Shown here: positions 14,209 to 23,183 of the stretch, in pieces
Layout: each line of letters opens with the position of its first letter
Position numbering within the stretch: the stretch's first letter is position 1
The notes under the pieces: generated by a model
What the model was told of the DNA's origin: nothing
What the model saw: only the letters and a program-made list of their open reading frames with translations
Database searches by the model: none
Translations under genes and position numbers: made by a program
NCBI GenBank assembly: GCA_031316235.1
Contig: JALDRA010000001.1
Coordinates: forward strand, 90,001 to 122,000
DNA length: 32,000 bases
Direction of reading: 5' to 3'
Source of the DNA: Candidatus Scalindua sp.
GTDB lineage: Bacteria; Planctomycetota; Brocadiia; Brocadiales; Scalinduaceae

Positions 14209-15953
14209 TCAGTTTTCAGAACCAGGTTTCACCTGAACTTTACATCTTTCTAAATGAATTTCTCCATCCTCTATAACAGCCTTGATATTGTCCCCTGCCT
14301 GAAATTTCCTGTTCACAATACACAGGGAGAGCGTGTTTTCCATCTCACGATCAATTTTGCCCTCTTGAGTGGCCGGGCACCATACCGGAGATCATATCCA
14401 TCAGACACAAGCTTTTCTTTTACCTCGAGTTCAATGTGAAGAGTAAGGTTATTGTCCTCCAATCTCCGGGTAAGCTGAGAGAGAAGTATTTCCAGAATAC
14501 GGGCTATATGCTCTTTCGACAGCGAATGAAAAACGATCATATCATCTAACCGATTGATAAATTCAGGTTTGAAATATTTCTTCACCTCAGAGAGGACAAG
14601 ATCTTTGGCTTCATCGTGGCTTATGATTCCAGGGCCTGCTTTAAAGCCGATTTCCTGTTTTTCCGCAAGCTTCTCACTTCCTATATTTGAAGTCCCGATG
14701 ATAATGGTATTTCGAAAACTTATCGCGTGGCCCTGTGCGTCAGTGAGCCGCCCCTCATCAAGTACCTTAAACAGCATATTGAAAACATCAGGATGCGCCT
14801 TTTCCACCTCATCAAGCAGTACCACGGCGTACGGAACACGCTTTATCTTTTCCGTAAGCTGTCCCCCCTCTCCATACCCTACATAACCAGGCGGGGATCC
14901 AATAAGTTTTGCAACTTCATGGCGCTCCATATATACTGACATATCCAGTCGAACAATACGTGTCTCATCATCAAACAGGAATTCAGCCAATGCCTTTGCC
15001 AACTCAGTTTTCCTGACCCCTGTCGGCCCAAGAAAGAGAAATGCACCAATAGGCCTTGATACCTCCCTGAGTCCTGCCCTGTTTCTTCTTATCGCATCAG
15101 CAATCGCCCTTACCGCAGCTTCCTGCGCAACAATTCGTTCATGAATCTTCTCTTCCATATGTGCCAGCTTTTCCGCCTCACTCTCAAGCATCCGTATTGC
15201 AGGTATACCTGTCCAGCTGGAAACAACAGCGGCAATGTCCTCGGATGTAATCGAACTGTCTTTTTCTTTCAATTCCTTTTGCCACTTTTCCTTCTGAGCG
15301 GCAAGCTTGGTTTCGATCACCTGGAGTTTTGCATGATGCTTTGTCGCCTCCTCAAAATCCTGCTGTTCAAATGCCTCTTTTTTAAGAGCGGTGTGTGTTC
15401 TTTTTTCGTTTTCTAATCTTTTAATTCCAGGTGGTGTATAATGCAATTCAAGATGCTTCTTTGAACCTGCTTCATCCAGTAGATCTATTGCCTTGTCAGG
15501 TTGCGCCCTGTCAGTTATATAGCGGTCAGAGAGCCGCGCAGCTGCATCTATCGATTCCGGGGTATAGGTAATCTCATGATGTTTTTCATAATAGGATTTC
15601 AGCCCTACAAGGATCTGTTTCGTCTCCTCAATCCCTGGTTCGCTTACTGTTACTGTCTGAAATCTTCGTGCAAGCGCCTTATCCGATTCAACATATTTAC
15701 GGTAATCATCGTAGGTAGTTGCACCTATGAGCTGCAGCTGGCCCCGAGCGAGTGCAGGCTTAAGGATGTCGTGCGCCCCCATACCGCCACTCCCTCCCCC
15801 GCCCCCGATACCAACGACGGTATGTAATTCATCAATAAAAAGGATAAACTCTGAAGTGAAAACATTACGCTTCATATTGACCTGTTCCATGGTCCCGATG
15901 TTTGTGGCATCGAGCACTTTCTTGGTACAATATCTTATATATTTCTGAAGCAC
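14209..15953 (-). pseudogene. clpC: ClpC-type AAA+ chaperone, probably pseudogenised (5' part missing, P-loop substitution, 3' frameshift)
   Basis: ORF 14313-15953 starts inside NBD1 (..ILFIDELH). It has a short M-domain with a UVR-like QDFEEA motif and an NBD2 Walker A reading GPTGVRKT instead of GPTGVGKT. After GARPLKRA a T-run at 14355-14358 shifts the frame. The +1 frame continues IDREMENTLSLCIVNRKFQAGDNIKAVIEDGEIHLE to a stop at 14209. Confidence 0.7.
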
Positions 15954-16074
15954 TGCATATCTCCCTGCTGGTAATTTCTATCGGATCACAGGAGCTTATA
16001 AAGGCATATCCACGTAAACTGATAGCTGAGGTTATTGATTATATAGGATCGTTCTTCATGAATACAAACTTATT

Positions 16075-16159
16075 TATACTCATCTCATAATGTTTTTCGG
16101 ATAAAATCCGAAATAAAATTGAGCGAGTATACCGGAAGCCAGGCCTTGGTTTTAGTATA
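16075..16159 (+). mobile_element. MITE copy C14 (short 85-bp variant)
   Basis: tatactcatctcataatgtttttcggataaaatccgaaataaaattgagcgagtataccggaagccaggccttggttttagtata. Confidence 0.85.
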
Positions 16160-16168
16160 TCACGCCAC

Positions 16169-16336
16169 ATAGCTCATGGCTGATGGCTCATGGTTCAGGG
16201 GTTCAGGGGTTCTGGGTTCTGGGGTTCTGGGTTCAGAGGTTCTGGGTTCAGAGGTTCTGGGTTCTGGGTTGATGGCTCATGGTTCAGGGGTTCAGGGGTT
16301 CTGGGTTCTGGGTTCTGGGTTGATGGCTGATGGTTA
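16169..16336 (+). repeat. Heptamer/octamer tandem array 8
   Basis: Read directly. Two blocks with 5-6 consecutive G3-4 runs spaced by TTCA/TTCT. Confidence 0.9.
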
Positions 16337-16340
16337 ATAA

Positions 16341-16675
16341 TTATTTCGTGATTGTTTTCTTTATTGAATTACGCCATTTACCTTCAGCAATATACTAAAA
16401 CCAATTTGGTTTTCGGTTTTTCTGAAAAACAAATCTTGGTGAAGGTATACTCGCTCCGTTTTTACTCGGATTTTATCCGAAAACTATTATGAAATGAGTA
16501 TATTTGCTGAAATTGATATTGCGGATGATTCTAATTGTTCTATCAATCTATAATGATTGCGATCAGAATTTGTTGTATCTGCAATGCCAATAACACTCAC
16601 TGCAAAATCTATAGATTTTTGCCAGGCATCTAAATCTTCAAAACTAAACTTTGTTTCACACATTTTCTCCATCAT
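16341..16675 (-). pseudogene. Four-helix-bundle gene copy B6, internally deleted and split by a MITE
   Basis: Same structure as B1. ORF 16487-16675 plus a tail at 16341-16392. Confidence 0.8.
16393..16502 (-). mobile_element. MITE copy C15 in 4HB gene B6
   Basis: Same insertion point and near-identical sequence to C1. Confidence 0.85.
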
Positions 16676-16714
16676 TAACCATCAGCAATGAACTATGAGC
16701 TATCAACCATGAGC

Positions 16715-16910
16715 TCTGTGCAATCTGCGGATGAATGTTTTTAAATTTTTCTGATTCAATGGTATCTTTTACCGGCTACTGTAGAATTTGAAGGGACGTC
16801 TCTGCTTTACCACTCTGCCTGCACCAGCAATTGAGTTTCGCCCCAAACGTATTGAGTACAGGGAGAGTTCCCAATGGGTATATCGATACAGATCATGTCA
16901 TTGTGGGTTT
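16715..16910. repeat. Conserved segment U (copy 4, most diverged)
   Basis: Aligns with 6861-7056, with scattered substitutions. Confidence 0.8.
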
Positions 16911-17010
16911 CATACTCATCTTATAATGGTTTTCAGATAAAATCCGAGAAAAAAAGAGCGAGCGTACCAGCAGCCAGGCTTAGGTTTTTAGAAAAATCTA
17001 AAACCAAACC
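16911..17010 (+). mobile_element. MITE copy C16, 3'-truncated
   Basis: catactcatcttataatggttttcagataaaatccgag...ccagcagccaggcttaggtttttagaaaaatctaaaaccaaacc. Confidence 0.7.
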
Positions 17011-17237
17011 GCTCTTCGGATACGGGAGGTGCTGGGAGCACTGGAAGGCGATTGTACGAATACTTCCCGGATAGAAAGATCGCTCATTTCCTAACCATAC
17101 TTCAGGATTAAGGAATGTTTACATGATTTGAGCAGGCGGGTAGTATTTGGGCAACCACCAGGTATCCGTTCAAGATCCGGATAGAGAAATACCGGCAGTG
17201 ATATTTTGCAAGAATGGAAGATGCTGTCTCTCCAGAC

Positions 17238-18122
17238 TTAACGCTTCAGGTTCAGTAACACAATTTTTCGATGGGAATCAGTTCGTGCTGCCAATCTCTC
17301 AACGATAGGCTTTGAGAGATCTTTCTTGATGCCTTCATCACCCGGGTGATCTTCCACAAGGTTCAGATAAATCAGTACAAATGCAGCCATAGCATCTATC
17401 GGCTGAACAAAAGTTGGATCTGACTGTTCAGATGTTTCAAAAAACTTGAATTGACCTTTTCTCTCTCCGTTTTCATCGGTGAAGAGCTCTACGATTGTAT
17501 AACTGCCTTTTACTGTCTTAGATAGTACGTTCTCAAACAAGCTGATAAGATTTTTCTTTTCTGAAGCAAGATGCTCAAAACCTTCTTTATAATGACCTTG
17601 TTCATCCAGTGCACCGGCAATTCGAAACCAGCCGGGAAAAGATATTTTTTTAAAAAATTTGTTTATCTCTCCACCGTACAGTACTTTTTCGGCAAGCTCA
17701 TTTTTTACAAGGAAAAAAAAGAAAGGGACATCTGCAGTATAGCTGAATGCTCTTATATCTGTCTGATTAACTAAATATTTAACAAATTCATCATTCCCGA
17801 TAGTATCCTCATTGATCTCGTATCCGAGATCTCTCCACTGACGTATTGTGTCAGTTAATTGATTTTCAGGAATCTCCAGCAGCTTTACCGTTGTATGCCC
17901 GCTTTTTTTTTCATTTACATGATCCGAAACAACGCTTCCTTTTCCGGTTTGTCTGTTTTTTATACAGGTAATCGCTGCCTGATATTGGGTGTAACTTTCT
18001 ACCGTTTCAGCGTTTGCACATTCAGATCCGGTACGCAGGACTTTTGATACAGGATTTATCGGATCAATTACGAAGATACATAGGGCCATGCTGAAAATAA
18101 GAATTCTGATTGTTATCTGCAT
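17238..18122 (-). CDS. Hypothetical secreted/membrane-anchored protein; the ORF track extends it to 18185
   Basis: Start chosen at MQITIRILIFSMALCIFV (signal-peptide-like, aaggaa upstream). No family recognised. Confidence 0.55.
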   Translation of the reverse strand: MQITIRILIFSMALCIFVIDPINPVSKVLRTGSECANAETVESYTQYQAAITCIKNRQTGKGSVVSDHVNEKKSGHTTVKLLEIPENQLTDTIRQWRDLGYEINEDTIGNDEFVKYLVNQTDIRAFSYTADVPFFFFLVKNELAEKVLYGGEINKFFKKISFPGWFRIAGALDEQGHYKEGFEHLASEKKNLISLFENVLSKTVKGSYTIVELFTDENGERKGQFKFFETSEQSDPTFVQPIDAMAAFVLIYLNLVEDHPGDEGIKKDLSKPIVERLAARTDSHRKIVLLNLKR

Positions 18123-18187
18123 CGAATCGATTTCCTTTATCTTAACGTTATTTATAATAAATAGTGTTTGAACAAAAACTGTCAAGG

Positions 18188-18278
18188 TATACGCATCTCA
18201 AAATGGTGTTCGGATACGAACAGCGCAAGTATACCATCAATCAGGCTATGTTTCTAGAAAAATAAAAAACTAAATCGG
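18188..18278 (+). mobile_element. MITE copy C17, degenerate
   Basis: tatacgcatctcaaaatggtgttcggatacgaacagcgcaagtataccatcaatcaggctatgtttctagaaaaataaaaaactaaatcgg. Confidence 0.5.
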
Positions 18279-18344
18279 ACGACACTGATTCCTTATAAAG
18301 TTTAACGGCTGAACGAAGATCCACCATCTGCTGCGCTTCGGTAA

Positions 18345-18456
18345 TATACTAAAACCGATTTGGTTTTCGGTTTTACCGGAAACCAAATCTTGGTGAAGGT
18401 ATACTCGCTCAAATTTATCTCGGATTTTATCCGAAAACCATTATAAGATGAGTATA
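18345..18456 (-). mobile_element. MITE copy C18
   Basis: Reverse complement is near-identical to C6. Confidence 0.9.
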
Positions 18457-18854
18457 ATTCGACTCTCTGCAGGTCCAGTAGTGCTTTTCGGATGCAGATT
18501 TTCCAGGGCAAGTCAGTGTTCAATTGGCTGGTTTTCCTCCATCCACGATTTATTTAATGCTTATCGTCATAAAAAAAATTATTTCCACTGTTTTTTTTCA
18601 GTTTTTGATTTTGATAATCTCTTATATTATTGATATCATATTACCTTTACTGATGAAAACCAGACGCCTGAATTTTAAATCCGTTATTCAGTGGTTGGAT
18701 AAAGGCTATCCATCTGCTGAATTGATGTGACATAAGTCTTAACCACCCGGTATATGAGTAAATTTCGGCTGTGAAATCAGCCTGACAGGTATCCGGGCTG
18801 TTTCAGTACAGCCACTGGAGTTTCTTTTCAGGCATTTTTTATTGAATCAGACCA

Positions 18855-18994
18855 TATAGACTCATCTTATAGTGATTTTCGGATACAATCCGAAAAAAAA
18901 CGGAGCGAGTACAAGTCCTCAGCGTCTGTCCGGGGATACCATTAACCAGGCTTTGGTTTTTAGAAAAATCTAAAACCAAATCGGTTTTAGTATA
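18855..18994 (+). mobile_element. MITE copy C19 (long 140-bp variant)
   Basis: tatagactcatcttatagtgattttcggatacaatccg...acaagtcctcagcgtctgtccgggg...tttttagaaaaatctaaaaccaaatcggttttagtata. Confidence 0.85.
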
Positions 18995-19051
18995 TTTAAA
19001 TAGAATTAGAGAAATTCTGATACCTCATTAAGACTATCACTGCGTATATAC

Positions 19052-19834
19052 ATGTTAAAATTATCTCCAAAATCAGCATTGTACCAGGTACCGGGAATTG
19101 CATTCCTCATTTCCAAAAGCAGAATCCAGATTGAGTATGACCTTTTGAGAAAAAAATCTCATGATTTGTTATACAGACGTGCTCACACCTTTACCGAACA
19201 GCTGTTGAAATTTCTCAAAGTAAAGATCGTGGTTTCAGGTCGGGAGAACGTGATTAACCAACCCGCAATAATCTGTCAAAACCATACATCAGTAATGGAC
19301 ATCCCTGCAATCCTGTACACTGTCGGCGGAAAATCTCTGTTCTGCACGAAGGAGGAGTTATTCAGGATCTGGGTTTTTGGTAAGGGCATTGAAATTCTGG
19401 GTATGATAAAAATATATAAGGATGATCGAATTACAGGTAAAGAGCTGAGAAAAGCTGCAAAAAACTTAAAAGAGCATGTCTGTATTAATGGAGCCTTGAC
19501 TCCCTACCTGGTTGCATTTCCTGAAGGCACACGAACAAAAGACAGAGGCTACAAAATGAACGAGTTCAAGCGCGGCCTGTTCAGTATTGCAATTAAATAT
19601 GATCTGCCAATTATCCCGATTGCATCATATGGCGGCCTGGATGTTACTCCAAAAAGCTCCTGGACATTTAACAGGGGAACCATCTATGAAAAAGTCTTAA
19701 AACCTCTTTTTCCAAAGGATTACAGTGGAGGGAGTATCAAGGAAAAATCTATCCGGCTTCAAAATGATACACAGCAGAGAATAAATCTTGGACTTCATGA
19801 GTTAATTCAGCTTTACGGTAAAGAAAAAACCTGA
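19052..19834 (+). CDS. Lysophospholipid (1-acyl-sn-glycerol-3-phosphate) acyltransferase, PlsC family
   Basis: HX4D motif NHTSVMD and FPEGTRT motif. Confidence 0.8.
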   Translation: MLKLSPKSALYQVPGIAFLISKSRIQIEYDLLRKKSHDLLYRRAHTFTEQLLKFLKVKIVVSGRENVINQPAIICQNHTSVMDIPAILYTVGGKSLFCTKEELFRIWVFGKGIEILGMIKIYKDDRITGKELRKAAKNLKEHVCINGALTPYLVAFPEGTRTKDRGYKMNEFKRGLFSIAIKYDLPIIPIASYGGLDVTPKSSWTFNRGTIYEKVLKPLFPKDYSGGSIKEKSIRLQNDTQQRINLGLHELIQLYGKEKT

Positions 19835-19991
19835 AGACTTCATTGTTTTCAGATACTTTTTCTTGTCCCGGCAGCATAAACCCACCGTGCTGTTTTTCGA
19901 AACCCTTTCATTCATTATGCTTTAACTAATAATCCGGGCAATTGTACCGATAGTTCATGTAATTAAAGATCCACTGGTAGTTACGTAAAAT

Positions 19992-20104
19992 TATACGAAA
20001 ACCGATTTAGTTTTAGTTTTTTCTAAAAAGCAAAGCTTGGTTGCTGGTATACTCGCTCCGTTTTTTCTCGGATTTTATCTGAAAACTATTATCTGCTGAG
20101 TATA
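19992..20104 (-). mobile_element. MITE copy C20
   Basis: Reverse complement: tatactcagcagataatagttttcagataaaatccgag...agcaaccaagctttgctttttagaaaaaactaaaactaaatcggttttcgtata. Confidence 0.8.
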
Positions 20105-20157
20105 TATAAAAAATAGTCTCTCGCAAAGCCGCAGGGATCGCGAAGAAGATGCAAATT

Positions 20158-20323
20158 CATCAATGTCCGGTTAGGTTTTTGCGTATTTAATTTATTGCCA
20201 CAAAACTGTCATTCCCGCATGTTTTTAGCGGGAATCTACGATGAAACGAGTCTCTGGATACCCGATAAAGGCGTTCGGGTATGACGAAAGCCGCCTACGC
20301 AAAAACCTAACCGGACGCTACTG
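20158..20323 (+). mobile_element. 166-bp MITE E copy 2
   Basis: TIRs at 20165-20185 and 20296-20316, identical to copy 1. Direct duplication ATGCAAATT at 20149-20157 and 20324-20332. Confidence 0.85.
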
Positions 20324-20375
20324 ATGCAAATTGAAAAATAAATAAAAAAATATTTTTACCTTTTAAGCAAGAAGA

Positions 20376-20444
20376 ATGACAGAAAATGAAATAGACAAGG
20401 TTGTGGCTGATGAGTCTATTGTTTTACAGGAAAAGATGTATATA
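20376..20444 (+). pseudogene. GxxExxY-type gene stub
   Basis: ATGACAGAAAATGAAATAGACAAGGTTGTGGCTGATGAG... = MTENEIDKVVADESIVLQEKM, cut by MITE C21. Confidence 0.5.
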
Positions 20445-20555
20445 TACTAAAACCGATTTGGTTTTCGGTTTTACCGGAAACAAAATCTTGGTTGCTGGTA
20501 TACTTGCTCAAATTTATCTCGGATTTTATCCGAAAACCATTATGAGATGAGTATA
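20443..20555 (-). mobile_element. MITE copy C21 inserted in repeat H
   Basis: Filled site gatgtataTA-tactaaaacc...gagta-TAaaagatttt. The homologous empty site (reverse complement of 7212-7230) reads gatgtatataaaggatttt. Confidence 0.9.
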
Positions 20556-20604
20556 AAAGATTTTAAATGTTTTTATGCTTTGCGTTCTTAGCGTCTTGGC
20601 GTGA

Positions 20605-20690
20605 TATACTGAAAACCAAAGCCTGTCTGCTAGTATACTCGCTCCGTTTTTTCTCGGATTTCATCTGAAAACTATTATAAGATGAGTATA
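20605..20690 (-). mobile_element. MITE copy C22 (short variant), 33 bp upstream of the glmS ATG
   Basis: Reverse complement parallels C14. Confidence 0.85.
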
Positions 20691-20723
20691 ACCTAAAACC
20701 TTTTTCCAATAGGAGATTACATA

Positions 20724-22550
20724 ATGTGCGGAATTGTCGGATATATCGGAAAAAACAGGGCAAAGCCTCTCCTTGTTGAAGGGATAAAAAAGTTGGAATA
20801 CAGGGGCTATGATTCATCAGGATTAGCCGTAATTGAGGACCACACCATTGTCTGCAAAAAAGCTGTAGGAAGGATAAGCGAGCTGGAAAAGATCCTGGGA
20901 GGCACTTGTGATAAAAGCAATATCGGCATAATCCATACAAGATGGGCGACGCACGGGGCACCGACATACAAAAATGCCCACCCCCATGTTGACTGTGCCG
21001 GTAAGATTGCCATTGTTCATAATGGCATTATTGAAAATTACAACTATTTAAAGACCAAGCTTCAAAAGAATGGGCACATTTTAAAGAGTGAAACGGATAC
21101 TGAAGTAATCGTCCATCTTATCGAGAGCTATTATGAAGGCAACCTTGAAGACGCCGTCAGAAATGCCTTGAAAGAAATTGAAGGTGCCTATGGCCTCGCC
21201 ATAATCCATCTTGATGAACCGGATAAATTAATTGCAGCACGTCATGGAAGCCCGTTGATTATCGGTATCGGCAATGAAGAGTATTTCGTCACTTCAGACG
21301 TCTCTGCAATTATTGAATATACAAAGAACGTTGTTTATCTGGATGATGGAGAACTCGTAGTACTTACAAAGGATTCAATGAAAACTACTGACATAGACAG
21401 CCTTCCCATATCAAAGCGGATTGAAGAGATACAGTGGGATGTCAACCAGGTACAAAAGAGCGGATATGAACATTTCATGTTGAAGGAGATTTACGAACAG
21501 CCGCAAACCTTACGTGATACCATGCTGGGAAGATTTACGACAGGTGATAGTGTTGTTCGTCTGGGAAGTCTGCAGGATAAAACTGAACTGCTTCGAAGCA
21601 TTAACCGATCGGTAATTGTTGCCTGCGGCACATCCTGGCACGCAGGACTTATTGGTGAATACATGCTTGAGGAACTGATGGGGATGCCTGTAGAAGTCGA
21701 ATACGCCTCAGAGTTCCGGTACAGAAACCCCATTATTGAAAAAAACACCATGATAATAGCCATCAGCCAGTCAGGAGAAACGGCCGACACGCTTGCTGCG
21801 ATTCGAGAAGCCAAGAGAAAAGGGGCAGTTGTTCTTGCAATTTGTAATGTTGTTGGAAGCAGTATCGCAAGGGAATCGGACTTCGGTATATTCCTTCACG
21901 CCGGACCGGAAATCGGGGTGGCTTCTACAAAGGCTTTTACTTCACAGATTGTGGCGCTGTTTCTGCTTACGATGCATTTAAGGCTAATCAGTGGAAAAGC
22001 TACGGATCTGGACATAGATCTGATAAAAAAATTGAAAGAGGTACCCAGCCAGGTGCAAAGCATCTTTAATAATGATAAGAAAATCAAGGAAATTTCCCGC
22101 ATTTATAAAGACAGCTCAAATATTCTCTATTTAGGGAGAGGGTATAATTATCCAGTTGCCCTGGAAGGGGCACTGAAGCTCAAAGAGATCTCATATATCC
22201 ATGCCGAGGGATATCCTGCCGCGGAGATGAAACATGGTCCTATCGCCCTGGTTGACAAGAATATGCCTGTTGTCTTTATTGCCACGAAGGACGCTACCTA
22301 TTCGAAGATTTTAAGCAACATAGAGGAGATCCGTGCACGAGGTGGAAAAGTAATCGCAATCGCAAGCGAGAGTGACAATGATATCTCAAAAATGGTAGAA
22401 CATGTTTTGTATATTCCGGAGACGGCAGATGCCCTGACTCCTATCTTATCGGTAATCCCTCTTCAATTATTATCCTATCATATGGCTGTTATGCGGGGAT
22501 GTGACGTAGACAAGCCTCGGAATCTAGCTAAAAGTGTTACGGTTGAATAG
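20724..22550 (+). CDS. glmS: Glutamine--fructose-6-phosphate aminotransferase (isomerising)
   Basis: N-terminal MCGIVGYIG (Ntn Cys2), two SIS domains, C-terminal KSVTVE, 608 aa. SD aggag lies 9 nt upstream. Confidence 0.97.
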   Translation: MCGIVGYIGKNRAKPLLVEGIKKLEYRGYDSSGLAVIEDHTIVCKKAVGRISELEKILGGTCDKSNIGIIHTRWATHGAPTYKNAHPHVDCAGKIAIVHNGIIENYNYLKTKLQKNGHILKSETDTEVIVHLIESYYEGNLEDAVRNALKEIEGAYGLAIIHLDEPDKLIAARHGSPLIIGIGNEEYFVTSDVSAIIEYTKNVVYLDDGELVVLTKDSMKTTDIDSLPISKRIEEIQWDVNQVQKSGYEHFMLKEIYEQPQTLRDTMLGRFTTGDSVVRLGSLQDKTELLRSINRSVIVACGTSWHAGLIGEYMLEELMGMPVEVEYASEFRYRNPIIEKNTMIIAISQSGETADTLAAIREAKRKGAVVLAICNVVGSSIARESDFGIFLHAGPEIGVASTKAFTSQIVALFLLTMHLRLISGKATDLDIDLIKKLKEVPSQVQSIFNNDKKIKEISRIYKDSSNILYLGRGYNYPVALEGALKLKEISYIHAEGYPAAEMKHGPIALVDKNMPVVFIATKDATYSKILSNIEEIRARGGKVIAIASESDNDISKMVEHVLYIPETADALTPILSVIPLQLLSYHMAVMRGCDVDKPRNLAKSVTVE

Positions 22551-22603
22551 GGGTTTTCGTAAAAACAATTTCCCCTTTCAAGCCCAGATAATTTCACTAC
22601 CGG

Positions 22604-22849
22604 TCAGGCAGGATTTCCGCTGATTCTGCTGATCTGCATCAGCTTGTTATTCTGGTCAACTACCATTTCAAACATCCCGTGTATTCCATTTCGTGTTACG
22701 AATTGTCTCAAGACAGAGGCAGGGAACTTTACCTTTCTGCCACAATAAGTCTCTACAAACACAGATGTTGCCAGACCTTTATAGTAAGCAGCGTAATCAT
22801 CAGGAGAGATGTGGAGAGAAAATTGAAACCGTTTATGTTCATCATTCAC
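22604..22849 (-). CDS. DUF2835-like small protein
   Basis: FQFSLHISPDDYAAYYKGLATSVFVETYCGRKVKFPASVLRQFVTRNGIHGMFEMVVDQNNKL matches my recollection of the DUF2835 pattern (F.L.IS...YY.G....V.....G..v.fPA...r.F.t..GI.G.F....d.nnk). Confidence 0.55.
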   Translation of the reverse strand: MNDEHKRFQFSLHISPDDYAAYYKGLATSVFVETYCGRKVKFPASVLRQFVTRNGIHGMFEMVVDQNNKLMQISRISGNPA

Positions 22850-22860
22850 TTTTTACCTGT

Positions 22861-23000
22861 TATACTCATCTTATAATAGCTTCCGGATACAATCTGAAAA
22901 AAAACGGACCAAGGAAAGTCCCCGGCGTTATCTATCCGGAGATACCAGCAACCTGGCTTTGGTTTTCAGAGAAATCTAACATTACAGCGGTTTTGGTATA
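22861..23000 (+). mobile_element. MITE copy C23 (long, diverged)
   Basis: tatactcatcttataatagcttccggatacaatctg...agtccccggcgttatctatccggagataccagcaacctggctttggttttcag...ggttttggtata. Confidence 0.75.
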
Positions 23001-23064
23001 CTGTACAAAATTTTCCCTCTCAATCAAGAAAAATTGTAAAACAGCTTTTCTCAAATTAAAATTA

Positions 23065-23093
23065 TTGACTCCTCATACATCTCCTTATACAAT
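23065..23093 (+). promoter_or_regulatory. Candidate sigma-70-type promoter (TTGACT-17 nt-TACAAT) facing the HtrA-type gene
   Basis: TTGACT at 23065-23070, 17-nt spacer, TACAAT at 23088-23093, in the only unique DNA between two MITEs. Sequence match only. Confidence 0.3.
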
Positions 23094-23183
23094 CTCACAT
23101 AAGTTCATTAACCGGAATCAGGCTTCTGATGCACTGTGTGACTCTGCGAGCTAAATTTCGTGCGGGAGAACATCGGACGAAAA

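Larger units (their letters stand above)
20105..20604. repeat. Repeat H, reverse-complement copy interrupted by element E and MITE C21
   Basis: After removing 20158-20332 and 20445-20554, the sequence aligns with the reverse complement of 7170-7372. Confidence 0.75.

Noticed and set aside
14554-15948. Several 70-110-aa plus-strand ORFs antisense to the ClpC-type gene, and similar antisense ORFs within glmS, serS, ispF and the dynamin-like gene
   Set aside because: They lie entirely within, and antisense to, strongly supported coding regions. This is typical shadow-ORF behaviour.
255-16920. Diversity-generating retroelement, because the 4HB family includes Avd
   Set aside because: I saw no reverse transcriptase ORF, no template/variable repeat pair with adenine-specific differences, and no C-type-lectin/FGE-type target gene in the window.
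20605-20723. glmS ribozyme in the glmS leader
   Set aside because: The leader consists of a MITE copy plus 33 bp. Nothing there resembles the conserved glmS ribozyme core, though this was not checked with a covariance model.
20563-20967. 134-aa minus-strand ORF overlapping the glmS 5' end and the MITE/repeat H region
   Set aside because: It is antisense to the unambiguous glmS coding sequence, and its C-terminal part is translated repeat sequence (..SRQDAKNAKHKNI).
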